Below are positions 33,417-43,433 of a stretch of DNA of 64,000 nucleotides, in pieces. The notes beneath the pieces were generated by a model. It saw only the letters and a list, made by a program, of their open reading frames with translations, was not told where the DNA came from and ran no database searches. Within the stretch, counting starts at the first letter, position 1. Every line of letters begins with the position of its first letter. This DNA is from a virus (lineage: Duplodnaviria > Caudoviricetes), in IMG/VR virus record IMGVR_UViG_3300035208_008180; one strand, written 5' to 3'. Made by a program: the position numbers and the translations under genes.

Positions 33417-36071
33417 ATGAAAGTTAATCTAATGAGAAAGAGTGAAAATATGGTAAAGTTTGAAGACGTGAAGGGGCAGACAACAGAGGAATATTTTAAT
33501 GGAAATGAATTTAGTATCGATGCATTCAATAAAAAATACACAATACAAAAAGGCGAAACATACGTACAAGCTGTGAAACGTGTGTGTGATTATATTGCTT
33601 CGGTTGAAGCTACGAAAGAGTTGAGAGAATATTGGTCCGAGCGATGGTTTGATGAAATTTATAATGATTGGTGGCATCCCGCTGGAAGTATTATGCAAGG
33701 TGCCGCATCGGGCAGAAAAATTAGTTTGGCGAATTGCACCACATTGAGTTTGGGTGCAGGACTTCCCGAAGAGGAATGGGATAATCTAGAGAGTATTATT
33801 CGTAATGCAGGGTTCACTATTGCGAAAACGGCTGCCTATCGACAAGGCTTGGGACTAGAGTTTTCTCGTCTGCGTCCTGTGGGCACAAAAGTCATGAATT
33901 CTGCCAATGAATCCTCGGGTGCAATTCATTGGATGAAGTTTCTTGATTCTATTGGCTACTACGTTGGACAGCAGGGCCGTATTCCAGCTATGTTGTTCAG
34001 CCTTGCATGTGACCATCCCGATATTGAAGATTTTATCAAGGTAAAGTCTGACCATACCAAAATTCAAAATGCCAATATTTCCGTGCAATGCTCAGACGCA
34101 TTTTACGCTGCGGTAAGAAAAGACGCTGATTGGCGTCTTTCTTTTAATATTCCTGAGGTGAAGAAAGGAGATCGTATTTATTTGGATTCTCAGAGCAAAT
34201 GTATGGATGCTCACTTCGACAAAGAAAAGAAGAAGTGGTATACAACGGCATTGCGAGATCGCAAAGGCGAGACAATCGAAAGAACCGTCAAAGCCCGTAA
34301 GTTGCTGGAACTCATTGCACAGAATATGCACACTCATGCAGAGCCGGGTATTCAAAACATAGATGTAGCTCGCAAATATTCTAATTCTGACTATGTGTAT
34401 AATCCCGAGGATGAGTATGATTCGAGGATTGTTAGCACAAATGCCTGCTCAGAACAATATCTTTCCCGTGAAAGTTTGTGTGTTTTGGCATCACTAAATG
34501 CGGGTAAATTTTCTATTCATGATGACAATTGTAAAAAAGAGTTGGCAAAGATTGCTTATTCTATGAATCGATTCTTAGATAATGTGAACGAGGCAGAATT
34601 GAGAAACGGCACTTATGCCACTCCTCATCAAAAATTGGCAATTGAGAAGCTACGACGCACAGGGGCTGGCTTTACCAATATGTGTGCTTGGCTCTTTAAA
34701 CAAAACCTAGAATACGGCACAGAAGATGGCAATAAAGCAGTTGCCAATTTTATGAAATGGTATAATTTCTATCTCTACGAATCTTCTATTGCACTAGGCA
34801 AAGAGAAAGGTAGTTTTGAACTATTTGACGAAGAAAAATATTGTCAATCGCCATTTATCAAACGGTTGATGAAACTGGGACTGAAGTTTAAAACGATGAG
34901 AAATAGCACACTCACCAGTATTGCCCCTACTGGCACACTCACCACGCAATTTAGGGACAATGCCATGTCTTATGGCATTGAGCCATCAACTTATTTGTAT
35001 TGGTGGAAACGCACCCGCATGAATGGCCAATATGAATTCTATTTCTGTGTGCCATCTGTTGTGCGAGAATTCTTCGCCCAAAAAGGCTGTCCGTTGCCAA
35101 TGGACAAAGATACGATCAAGGATACTTGGGATGGGAAGATTGGCAAGCCAATTGCTGAATTCATCGAAGCTCACAAAAATGAAATTGGCATTAAATTCCG
35201 CTGTGCTACAGAAATTCATCCCAATGAAAAATTAGACTTAATGGCACAAGTCATGACATGGGTAGATTCTTCTATTTCTGTAACCTACCTATTGCCAGAA
35301 GGTAGCGACTGGAAGACTGTATATGACTTCATTTTGTTAGCACATGAAAAAGAAGTCAAATCAATTGCCGCTTTTCCAGACAAGAAAATGTATGGAATTA
35401 TTTCCATAATTCCATTTAAGGATTTGGCGAAGAAATTGATCTCAGAAGGCGTCGTTATTCATGAACAAAACTTCTGCAAAGAAGAGTTGGAAGAATTGTA
35501 TGGCACTACTTATTTGTCGCCCAATGAATATCAGATTCAAAAAACTAAAGCTCCAATCCGCCCCCAGAGATTGCCTTGTGATATTCACCACACCAAGGTT
35601 ACAAAAAAGCTTGATAAAATTCGCACATTTGATTATATTGTTTTGGTAGGCATTATGCCGCCCAATGATCCTTACGAAATCTTTGTGGCTGAAAATGGCA
35701 TCCTCGATAAGAAATACAAGCGTGGCGTACTTATCAAAAAGGCAAGGGGTGTTTATGCTTTGGAAATAGAAGGCAAAATAGTTATAGAGAACATTGCCAA
35801 AGACGCCACAGAATCAGAAGATGTTTTGACACGCATGGTGAGCACGAGTTTGAGACATGGTGCGGATATTCATTTCATAGTGCAGCAACTCGAAAAGTCT
35901 CAAGGTGATTTGTTTGCTTTTTCAAAAGCCATTTATCGCATTTTGAAGAAGTATGTTCCTGACAACACTAAGATTACTGGCATGACTTGTCCATCCTGTG
36001 GGTGTAATGAATTTATTAGAATTGAAGGTTGTGCAACCTGTGTTAAGTGTGGGCATAGCAAGTGTAGCTAA
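33417..36071 (+). CDS. nrdJ: Ribonucleotide reductase, probably class II (B12-dependent)
   Basis: ANC, TNACSEQ, SIAPTGT and C-terminal CPSC...CVKCGHSKC; no adjacent R2 gene. Confidence 0.88.
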   Translation: MKVNLMRKSENMVKFEDVKGQTTEEYFNGNEFSIDAFNKKYTIQKGETYVQAVKRVCDYIASVEATKELREYWSERWFDEIYNDWWHPAGSIMQGAASGRKISLANCTTLSLGAGLPEEEWDNLESIIRNAGFTIAKTAAYRQGLGLEFSRLRPVGTKVMNSANESSGAIHWMKFLDSIGYYVGQQGRIPAMLFSLACDHPDIEDFIKVKSDHTKIQNANISVQCSDAFYAAVRKDADWRLSFNIPEVKKGDRIYLDSQSKCMDAHFDKEKKKWYTTALRDRKGETIERTVKARKLLELIAQNMHTHAEPGIQNIDVARKYSNSDYVYNPEDEYDSRIVSTNACSEQYLSRESLCVLASLNAGKFSIHDDNCKKELAKIAYSMNRFLDNVNEAELRNGTYATPHQKLAIEKLRRTGAGFTNMCAWLFKQNLEYGTEDGNKAVANFMKWYNFYLYESSIALGKEKGSFELFDEEKYCQSPFIKRLMKLGLKFKTMRNSTLTSIAPTGTLTTQFRDNAMSYGIEPSTYLYWWKRTRMNGQYEFYFCVPSVVREFFAQKGCPLPMDKDTIKDTWDGKIGKPIAEFIEAHKNEIGIKFRCATEIHPNEKLDLMAQVMTWVDSSISVTYLLPEGSDWKTVYDFILLAHEKEVKSIAAFPDKKMYGIISIIPFKDLAKKLISEGVVIHEQNFCKEELEELYGTTYLSPNEYQIQKTKAPIRPQRLPCDIHHTKVTKKLDKIRTFDYIVLVGIMPPNDPYEIFVAENGILDKKYKRGVLIKKARGVYALEIEGKIVIENIAKDATESEDVLTRMVSTSLRHGADIHFIVQQLEKSQGDLFAFSKAIYRILKKYVPDNTKITGMTCPSCGCNEFIRIEGCATCVKCGHSKCS

Positions 36072-36377
36072 ATGAAGAAAAACAAATCGCCAGATCATTG
36101 CCCCATCTGTGGGCAATATATGGAAGTAATCTGTTCTGGGTTTCAGCGGCACCCTTTTGTGGATGGTCGATGTTATGAAAACATTTGCCACATATGTTTT
36201 TCTGCTCCTTGCACCTGTCGTTTTGACGAAGGTGTGATGTGGAAACATTATGATTATGAGGATCAAGAACTGCATACCGCTGAGGAAATGATGCGGTTTG
36301 GGTTCACAAAAGCCGAAGTAGCCATTTCCTTAAAAGCAGTAAAATTGGCTATAAAAAATGGTAAGCACCCTAAATAG
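36072..36377 (+). CDS. Hypothetical Zn-finger protein
   Basis: CPIC...CHIC. Confidence 0.55.
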   Translation: MKKNKSPDHCPICGQYMEVICSGFQRHPFVDGRCYENICHICFSAPCTCRFDEGVMWKHYDYEDQELHTAEEMMRFGFTKAEVAISLKAVKLAIKNGKHPK

Positions 36378-36380
36378 GGT

Positions 36381-37373
36381 ATGGATTTTAAGGGCTTTTT
36401 ACTGAGCGAAATGATGGTTCATCGCCTTGGGGGAGAGCCATATAGAAATTTTATTGCTTTTCGAGGGCATCTATGGCTATTTGATGATGAGCCAACACAA
36501 AAAGAAGCCAAAGCCATTAACCGCATTATTCTCAAAGAACATCCTCAACACAAAGAATTAAAAGAAAAGCACAGGAAATTCGGCAAGTATTCATTTGATA
36601 TTCAGGATTGGGTAAGAGAAAATATCCAAGATGCTTTTGTGGGAAGTTGGGATGCTAAAACAAAAATTATTTGGACTGGCGAAGATTCGATCAGTCCAGT
36701 GACTTCTCCATTAGTCAAAAAGGTTGTAGCTGCACTGAAAGCCAAATCTGTACAATTTGAAACCAATCAATCGTTCTCAAAAGAACAAGATGTGCCATCT
36801 TATCAAAGACAGGACAACACAAGCTATTGGGATCGCACTGAAATTTATCGTCGCAAAGATATCTTAGGACAAATTCCAGAAACTGCATTTCATGGCACTT
36901 CTACCAAATATTTGCCTGATATTCTGAAATGGGGGCTAATGCCTGGACAAGCTGAGTCTAATTATGGGGACATTATGCATGAGGATAAGATATTTTTGGC
37001 ATTCAAGTTCTCAGAAGCAGAATCACATGCTACGCATACAGGTGGTCGCACTAAAAACTATCCGGTTGTAATTCAAGTCAAAATACCCGATAGAGCCCGA
37101 TTGTTGCCTGATTATGATGCTGATAAATCAACATCCACACCCACCTATCCAGATTTTGTTGGCGGCAAACCGAATACATATTCTTCGGTTAGTCCAATGA
37201 AAGCTAGTAAACATCAAGGAGTTGTCGGATACAAAGGTCGTATCCCAGCCAATTTCATCGAAGCTGTATATCTAAGAATGGGGAATAATTGGAAAAAAGT
37301 CAAATTAGATACTCTTAGAAAGAGGGTTGCAGAAGACCCTTGGGAATGGCAATATAAATACGGATTTGAATAG
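36381..37373 (+). CDS. ADP-ribosyltransferase-fold (Tpt1/KptA-like) domain protein
   Basis: AFHGTS...ILKWGLMP...IFLA...PVVIQV...GRIP. Confidence 0.6.
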   Translation: MDFKGFLLSEMMVHRLGGEPYRNFIAFRGHLWLFDDEPTQKEAKAINRIILKEHPQHKELKEKHRKFGKYSFDIQDWVRENIQDAFVGSWDAKTKIIWTGEDSISPVTSPLVKKVVAALKAKSVQFETNQSFSKEQDVPSYQRQDNTSYWDRTEIYRRKDILGQIPETAFHGTSTKYLPDILKWGLMPGQAESNYGDIMHEDKIFLAFKFSEAESHATHTGGRTKNYPVVIQVKIPDRARLLPDYDADKSTSTPTYPDFVGGKPNTYSSVSPMKASKHQGVVGYKGRIPANFIEAVYLRMGNNWKKVKLDTLRKRVAEDPWEWQYKYGFE

Positions 37374-37381
37374 GACAATTT

Positions 37382-37867
37382 ATGGAATTTAAATATTTTA
37401 TTTTAAATGAAGGCAGGGCTTATCTGGGCATACGTTTGGGGGACATTCTCAATGCAACTCAGGATTTAGAGCAAAATGCCAAAAGTATGGGCTCTCGTCA
37501 ACTTGTCAGTAATGCTGAGGGCATTGTAAATCAAATTCGCAGAGTGTTACACACCCATTGGGATAAGCAGGAAGAAGAGTCCCTCAAAAAGTTGCAAAAG
37601 GCAGCAGTAGCTTTAGCCAGAGCTATCGAAGAAAAAGATGATCTCTTAAACACGATTACATCGGTTAAGGGAGAGCTTGAGGAATTAGTGGGTGATTTAG
37701 GGCAGCCAATTGGGGAACTAGGCAAGCCAGAAGGCGGCAAAGAAGCCAAAGAACAAGAAGAAACGCCACAGCCTCAGCCTCAGCAAACTCAACAGCCAGG
37801 ACCGCCACCAGCAGGACCACCGCAGCCTCAACAGCCGTCACCCCAAATGCCTGGGCAACCTCAATAA
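37382..37867 (+). CDS. Hypothetical protein with a Pro/Gln-rich tail
   Basis: N-terminus MEFKYFILNE. Confidence 0.7.
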   Translation: MEFKYFILNEGRAYLGIRLGDILNATQDLEQNAKSMGSRQLVSNAEGIVNQIRRVLHTHWDKQEEESLKKLQKAAVALARAIEEKDDLLNTITSVKGELEELVGDLGQPIGELGKPEGGKEAKEQEETPQPQPQQTQQPGPPPAGPPQPQQPSPQMPGQPQ

Positions 37868-37925
37868 TCTATTTACTTTATTGTTTGTTTTTGCTAAGAT
37901 GATGGAAATATAAGGAGATTTTATC

Positions 37926-39086
37926 ATTTGTGGCATAGTGGGATTTATAGGCAAGAGCAAAGACCCAACAGCGTCCTACGATTTAGCAACTCAATTGTTT
38001 CTTAAAACAGAGAGTCGTGGCGAGGATGCCACTGGTATTTGGGGAACTGAACCTGGGAATGGTAAAATTATTTACCATAAAGAGCCGGTAAAAGTAAAAG
38101 AATTTGTTACTGGTGATATGTGGAAAAGGGTCAGAAAACTAAACCCTGATTTGCTATTGATGCATGCCAGGGCCGCTTCTTCAGGTGTTGGCAGCCCCAA
38201 AGTCAACAAAAACAACCATCCATTCGTTAGCAAAGATTGCACAACGGCACTCATTCACAATGGAAGAATACCAGATGTGGAATATGGACAATTAAAGAAA
38301 CAATATGCTGTAGAATCTGATTGCGATTCAGAGATGTTTTTGCGGGTATTTGAACATGGATCAGGAATGGCACATGGCATTCAAGATATATGGTCCTATA
38401 TGCATCGTAGTCATATGGCCATTGCTATTGGCGAACGAATAGCACAAAGCCGTAGATTGTGGCTTTTCCGCAACACTCATCGGCCACTTTGGCTGACAGA
38501 TATGCGAAGTACATTGGGACAAATATTTTTCTTCTCCGATCCCGACATTTGGGATGAAGCAACAGCCGCTTGCAAAAATGTTTGGAATTACTTAGGAAAA
38601 ATAAAATTATTTAATTTGACAACAGAGATGATATGGTGTTTTAATTCAGACGCCAAAGGTCAAATAAATTTACAGAAGTTTAAAATTTGTGTTAAAGATA
38701 ACACTCCTTGGCAAACAAAAAAAGAAAAACTTGAAATTAGGCTCAAAGGCCCAGACTCGAAGGTTGAAATCATAACTGGATTAAATGAAAAAGACGAATT
38801 GCCCGAGAAACAAAAGCCTGTGGTAGTTGCACCATTCTCTCATGCTTATCAAGATGAAGAGGGGCTCTTTACCGACACATCTGACAATAAGAAAAACCTA
38901 GAAAAGCTTAGCGAACAAATTAAAGCAATTGAGCTATTACTTAATGATGTTTCAACTGCCACGGAAAACCTTGTGTGGGAAAATACGATAGATGGGGATG
39001 ATTTTTTAGAATTATTTACGTCTTTATCTAATGTCGATATGGAGTTGCAAGGGACTTTGCGATTGTTAGAAGATGGTAAACGATAA
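37926..39086 (+). CDS. Class II (Ntn) glutamine amidotransferase; probable ATT start
   Basis: ATT-TGT-GGC-ATA-GTG-GGA reads (M)CGIVG; RGEDATG, HAR, NNHPF, HNG, CDSE motifs. Confidence 0.8.
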   Translation: MCGIVGFIGKSKDPTASYDLATQLFLKTESRGEDATGIWGTEPGNGKIIYHKEPVKVKEFVTGDMWKRVRKLNPDLLLMHARAASSGVGSPKVNKNNHPFVSKDCTTALIHNGRIPDVEYGQLKKQYAVESDCDSEMFLRVFEHGSGMAHGIQDIWSYMHRSHMAIAIGERIAQSRRLWLFRNTHRPLWLTDMRSTLGQIFFFSDPDIWDEATAACKNVWNYLGKIKLFNLTTEMIWCFNSDAKGQINLQKFKICVKDNTPWQTKKEKLEIRLKGPDSKVEIITGLNEKDELPEKQKPVVVAPFSHAYQDEEGLFTDTSDNKKNLEKLSEQIKAIELLLNDVSTATENLVWENTIDGDDFLELFTSLSNVDMELQGTLRLLEDGKR

Positions 39087-39106
39087 TTCATTTACTATAT
39101 TAGTGA

Positions 39107-39700
39107 ATGAGTGAATTTAATGATGATTTAGATGTTGAAGATGTATTAAAAGAAAAGCCCAAAAAAATAAAATCTGGGGCCAAAGGCAAGGCGGCAGAAA
39201 GAGATATCTGTCACATTCTTAATAAACGTTTTGCCAACATTCTGTTAGCACACCCATCTTGGGGAACGTTTTCCAGAAGCGTGGGTTCTGGCAATCGTTG
39301 GGGACAGGGAGTGATGTTATCAGAGCAGGCAAAGAATGTTTATGCTTCTGATATTTGTTGCCCCGAGCATTTTTTGTTCGTGATTGAGAGCAAAAAAGGC
39401 TACAATGAGATCGATTTATGCACTTGCTTTAGTGGCAAATGTCCAGGCTTGGATACCTTTTTGCAACAGGTGTTAGATGATTCCTTGAGAGTGAATCGTA
39501 AACCCTTGTTGATTTGGAAGAAGGATCGCAAGCCAGCCATTGCATTTATACGAGAGCCTATGACATGGGCTGGCCCCAATTGGCCGGAAGAATTTCAAGC
39601 AACAGCGGATATGTTTTACACAGGCGTTGGCGGTTGGTCGGCATTGCCATTTACGGAATTGTTGACTTCAACCCCAGATACGTTTTGGTTTTCAACATGA
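39107..39700 (+). CDS. Holliday junction resolvase-like PD-(D/E)xK nuclease
   Basis: KGKAAER...SDI...FVIESKK. Confidence 0.7.
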   Translation: MSEFNDDLDVEDVLKEKPKKIKSGAKGKAAERDICHILNKRFANILLAHPSWGTFSRSVGSGNRWGQGVMLSEQAKNVYASDICCPEHFLFVIESKKGYNEIDLCTCFSGKCPGLDTFLQQVLDDSLRVNRKPLLIWKKDRKPAIAFIREPMTWAGPNWPEEFQATADMFYTGVGGWSALPFTELLTSTPDTFWFST

Positions 39701-40422
39701 GGCTTCTTGTGTAAGGCTTTCCAGTGATGAGCGGCAGCCACTGCCATTAAACACCATTCATCATCTTGTAGATCAGATGTGAGAAAATCTGCCATAATCT
39801 GAGCATCATTCTTTTTTAGATTTTCTATTTCATCATTGGGTTTGAAGTGCGTGTCTATTTTTGCCGCCAGTGTTGCTACTTTTTGCACTTCTTTATTTTT
39901 TTTGGCTGCCCAAGGTTGAGGCAAACCAGCCTCTTTGGCAGCCTTTCTTTGAGCCCTCATGCTCACGGCTGGTCCAGTATAATCATCATTCCAGTCAAAC
40001 ACATCTTGTTTTACATTTCTCAATTCGCTGAGAGTTCGTCGTCCTTCACAATGAGCCCGAGCAGCACAAACGGCTTTGTTGTAGAAAGTTGGGAAAGACG
40101 GACCAGGATGGTTGAGAAATTTCCACAAAAGATGGGCTGGATCATCCTGTCCCTGAAATTTACATTCCTTCATGACAGACAGAAATTCTTTTGCCTTATC
40201 TGCCCCGTATTTGATAGCACATTTGCAAGCTACTGCCCCCAATGCAGCACTATAAGTACCGTCCGGGCTCCCAGGCAAGCACTTGGTGATTTCTGCTGCC
40301 AATGCCTCGAAACGATCATAGAATTCCGCACGTTTTTCAGCAGGAAGCTGAACTTCTGCCTTGCCTCTATTGCCAATGCCTTTCAGCATTTGATTGCAAA
40401 CTCGCTCGATGAATTCATTCAT
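39616..40422 (-). CDS. Hypothetical protein homologous to the C-terminal half of 42042-43136
   Basis: A..YGADK..F...DDP...KQDVFDW aligns with A..YGMDK..F...EDP...KKDVFEW. Confidence 0.65.
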   Translation of the reverse strand: MNEFIERVCNQMLKGIGNRGKAEVQLPAEKRAEFYDRFEALAAEITKCLPGSPDGTYSAALGAVACKCAIKYGADKAKEFLSVMKECKFQGQDDPAHLLWKFLNHPGPSFPTFYNKAVCAARAHCEGRRTLSELRNVKQDVFDWNDDYTGPAVSMRAQRKAAKEAGLPQPWAAKKNKEVQKVATLAAKIDTHFKPNDEIENLKKNDAQIMADFLTSDLQDDEWCLMAVAAAHHWKALHKKPHVENQNVSGVEVNNSVNGNADQPPTPV

Positions 40423-42024
40423 TTATGCTGCTCCCAAAATACTTCTCATTTGATCTTTAATTTTTTCAATACGGCCCAGTTCCTCTTGTTGGCTATTTTG
40501 AGCCTCTTGAACGTCGCTCAACAACCTTGTTTCTTGCACCACATAGTCTTGCATTCTGTTTTCCGCTTCATTCAAGTCCTTTTTTAATGCATCCAATCGC
40601 ATTTGCAAGCCCGACATAGCATCATGAGTGGTTTGCAGGTCTTTTTGTGCCTGTTCTATAATTTCACCATAAGTATTGACAGATTCTTGAACTGTGTCAA
40701 TTTGTTTGGCCAAAGGTTCTAGATTTGACATTTCACTTGCTACCTTTGAAAGCGGAACAGCAAGAATGGGTTCTGACGAATGAATTGGCTCGGGGAGCGA
40801 TGTATCAGGTGCCAGAGCAATTGCCGACAGAGGTTTGGCCAGGGCTTTATTTGATTCTTCGGCAGTGAGTTGTTGCACCAATTTGGGATGTTTTTTGAAC
40901 TCTTCCATCCCATCACAAGTTAACCAAAATCCCTTTGTTCTCTGGTCTTTTACAGACCGATACTCACGACGCAGCCATCTTTCCTCGCACAAAGCTTTCA
41001 GAAGGAAAGATATGATTTTGGTGCCATCCGTGTAATAGTCTTGTTGCCGAAGGAATTGATCGATGCCTAATTCAAATTTTAATGCATTGAGCGTCAATTC
41101 CAGACTTAGATACCCATTCCTTCCCGATACTGCCACAAACGCAGCCAGGGTGTTTAAACAGGCAACTGGACTGTGATGTACCGGAGCATTTGCCGATATA
41201 TCACGATGGCTTAAACAAAACCGTGCTCGCTTGCCGCAGTTAAAATAATTACTGGGCAATTTCCAAAAGATTTTTGAATGGAAATCAAGCACTTCGATAC
41301 CCATTTGATCTCTTGCCGCAAGCATAACTTTTTCTTCAAATGGCCATTGATGACCAATGAATTCTGATATGCTCAATCCCTTCTCGGTATACATCGCCAG
41401 CTTGACTTCAATCCATCTAATGGCTTCATTGACTAGCTTGGGATCGGGCTGTGCCAATCGTTGTTGAACTTCTTGGTCCACTTCTGCCAAGGCATTGATT
41501 TCTGCTTCCTTTTTGGCAATTTGCTCCGCTTTTTGGACGATACCAACCGATTTGGCAGGATCAGGACTCAAGAGGGCATTTTTGATATCTGCTGACGTTG
41601 GCAACCGTGGTTTCGGCGGAAATGGCGAAGTTAGCAGAGGCGATTGTGTTGCTTTCTCCACCATCTGTTTGGTAAGGGGCTCAACAGTTAGTTTCTTTGG
41701 ATGCACTCGCCTGAAAGCAGAAATTACATTTTTTCTATCATACATTTTCGGGCAAGTAAGAACAGAATCCCAACAAGTTTCTGGTCCTCCCGGCATTGTA
41801 CGAATCAAAAGTGATTGTGGCCCATTGGAGGCTTCTCTTGCAAACATAAAGCGGAAATCAGAACGCTTTCCGCTTTGTTTGAAAAAAGCCAAATCCCATG
41901 TGCCGTGGTATTGTAAAGCCGTAAGAACTTGCTCTACAATTTTGACACTATCTTCAACGAGCCGATCCTTTCGCAAGATAGTGTGAATAACCCTCACAAC
42001 CAGAGGGGGCGGTTTCTTAGACAT
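40423..42024 (-). CDS. Hypothetical protein with a C-terminal coiled coil
   Basis: GGAGG RBS; long ORF. Confidence 0.7.
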   Translation of the reverse strand: MSKKPPPLVVRVIHTILRKDRLVEDSVKIVEQVLTALQYHGTWDLAFFKQSGKRSDFRFMFAREASNGPQSLLIRTMPGGPETCWDSVLTCPKMYDRKNVISAFRRVHPKKLTVEPLTKQMVEKATQSPLLTSPFPPKPRLPTSADIKNALLSPDPAKSVGIVQKAEQIAKKEAEINALAEVDQEVQQRLAQPDPKLVNEAIRWIEVKLAMYTEKGLSISEFIGHQWPFEEKVMLAARDQMGIEVLDFHSKIFWKLPSNYFNCGKRARFCLSHRDISANAPVHHSPVACLNTLAAFVAVSGRNGYLSLELTLNALKFELGIDQFLRQQDYYTDGTKIISFLLKALCEERWLRREYRSVKDQRTKGFWLTCDGMEEFKKHPKLVQQLTAEESNKALAKPLSAIALAPDTSLPEPIHSSEPILAVPLSKVASEMSNLEPLAKQIDTVQESVNTYGEIIEQAQKDLQTTHDAMSGLQMRLDALKKDLNEAENRMQDYVVQETRLLSDVQEAQNSQQEELGRIEKIKDQMRSILGAA

Positions 42025-42041
42025 AATAATCCTCCCCTGGA

Positions 42042-43136
42042 TTACTCTTCGTCAGCAAAAGTGGGCTTGGTGGGAACCGTATAGTTCGGCCCCCATTCAA
42101 ACACGTCCTTTTTACGCTCGATGAGATTGATGCACGGTCTGTTGTAAACAAAACAAATCACGCCGTGTAGAACTCTTCGATAGATTTTGACTGGCGGGGC
42201 TGTGCGTCTGCCTTTGATGCTGTTGACCCATTTATAGGTAGCTCGAACAGGGTCTTCGGCTTGAAAGCCTTCAACTTTCTGGAAACGCTCACAGAAGGGA
42301 GCTATTTTGTCCATTCCGTACCATAGAGCAGCTTTGGCGATTGCTGCCTGTACATCGGATCGCTCTTTTTTGAGATAGTGTCCTACCCATTTGATGACTT
42401 CGTTGTACTTGAGCAAAAAGTCAGCAATTTCAGAGTCTGTAATCTTTTTGCCCCGATTGACGCCCAGCATCATGGATTTGCAAATGGATGTTGCTTTGTC
42501 TTTGACAACATCTTTGCCGAGAAGCAGTGCTAGTTTTTGCCCTGTGGGACGCTTCATGCCAGAATCGACAACAAATCGAGCAATTACTGGCACTTGGAAG
42601 GTGACGTACAACGGCACATCTATATCCGCCACACGAACAGCCGCAATGCGATGTTGTCCTTGGTACAAGTCGCCATTGATATCGATTCCAAGGCTTTCCT
42701 CTGTTTGCAAATAACTACCGTTACGCATGTCTCTTGAAAGGGACTCAATCCATGCTCCGTCACGGGGTCGATTTGCATGGTTGAAGGTTTCCAACACTTC
42801 ACACATTGCACGATTCAACAGCACATATTCTGAGTATTGGTGCGGCTTTTTGGGGCAGTGACACCACGGCTTGCCAGTTAATTTGGCTTGCTCCAAGTAG
42901 TATCGCTGGTTGTCGAAAGCTTCCTGCAAAGTTTCCCGATCCATATGTCGATTACGAGCCAGAAGTTCCTCTGGCAGTGTCCGACCTGTGTTTCTTACGG
43001 GAAAAGGAACCTTTAGCGGTGTAGCAGGAACAACAAGAGGTGTTTTAGCAAGCACCCCTATTTGAGCGAGACGGTCATAAAAATGCTCCACTACAGTGCT
43101 TCCAAGTGTCGGAATGGCTGCGTCGTCTGACATCAT
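42042..43136 (-). CDS. ParB/Srx-like N-terminal domain protein
   Basis: NRP...LSRDMRNG...GDLYQGQHRIAA. Confidence 0.65.
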   Translation of the reverse strand: MMSDDAAIPTLGSTVVEHFYDRLAQIGVLAKTPLVVPATPLKVPFPVRNTGRTLPEELLARNRHMDRETLQEAFDNQRYYLEQAKLTGKPWCHCPKKPHQYSEYVLLNRAMCEVLETFNHANRPRDGAWIESLSRDMRNGSYLQTEESLGIDINGDLYQGQHRIAAVRVADIDVPLYVTFQVPVIARFVVDSGMKRPTGQKLALLLGKDVVKDKATSICKSMMLGVNRGKKITDSEIADFLLKYNEVIKWVGHYLKKERSDVQAAIAKAALWYGMDKIAPFCERFQKVEGFQAEDPVRATYKWVNSIKGRRTAPPVKIYRRVLHGVICFVYNRPCINLIERKKDVFEWGPNYTVPTKPTFADEE

Positions 43137-43177
43137 TTGTTCTCCGTGTGATGGAATATCTTGGACACCTGTGAAGC

Positions 43178-43205
43178 ATTATACTCCAGGCTTTAAGCTT
43201 GTAAA
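43178..43205 (-). promoter_or_regulatory. Sigma-70-type promoter
   Basis: TTTACA-16 nt-TATAAT. Confidence 0.65.
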
Positions 43206-43313
43206 GTGCTTTTGCTCAAAAAAAGGAAGACCTTTGCTGCAAGTCTTTGTTTTGTAACGACTTACAACTTGAAAATTTTTGGAAAAAGATCAGATGCCCT
43301 TAGGCATCCTCAC

Positions 43314-43350
43314 TGCACTTGCATTGCACTTGTATTGCACTTGCATTGCA
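43314..43350. repeat. 11-bp tandem repeat (TGCACTTGYAT, 3.4 copies)
   Basis: TGCACTTGCAT TGCACTTGTAT TGCACTTGCAT TGCA. Confidence 0.85.
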
Positions 43351-43433
43351 TGCTGCAAAAGGGGGGTATAAAAAAAGGGGTTGCCGGGGATTTCCGCCAA
43401 GAAATCATACCATTAACCCCCCAAGAACTTAGC

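Noticed and set aside
33417-36071. Intein or intron in the ribonucleotide reductase
   Set aside because: The ORF is continuous, of ordinary length, with no intein splice motifs seen
39847-40587. 246-aa plus-strand ORF
   Set aside because: Antisense to two packed minus-strand genes; no recognisable motifs
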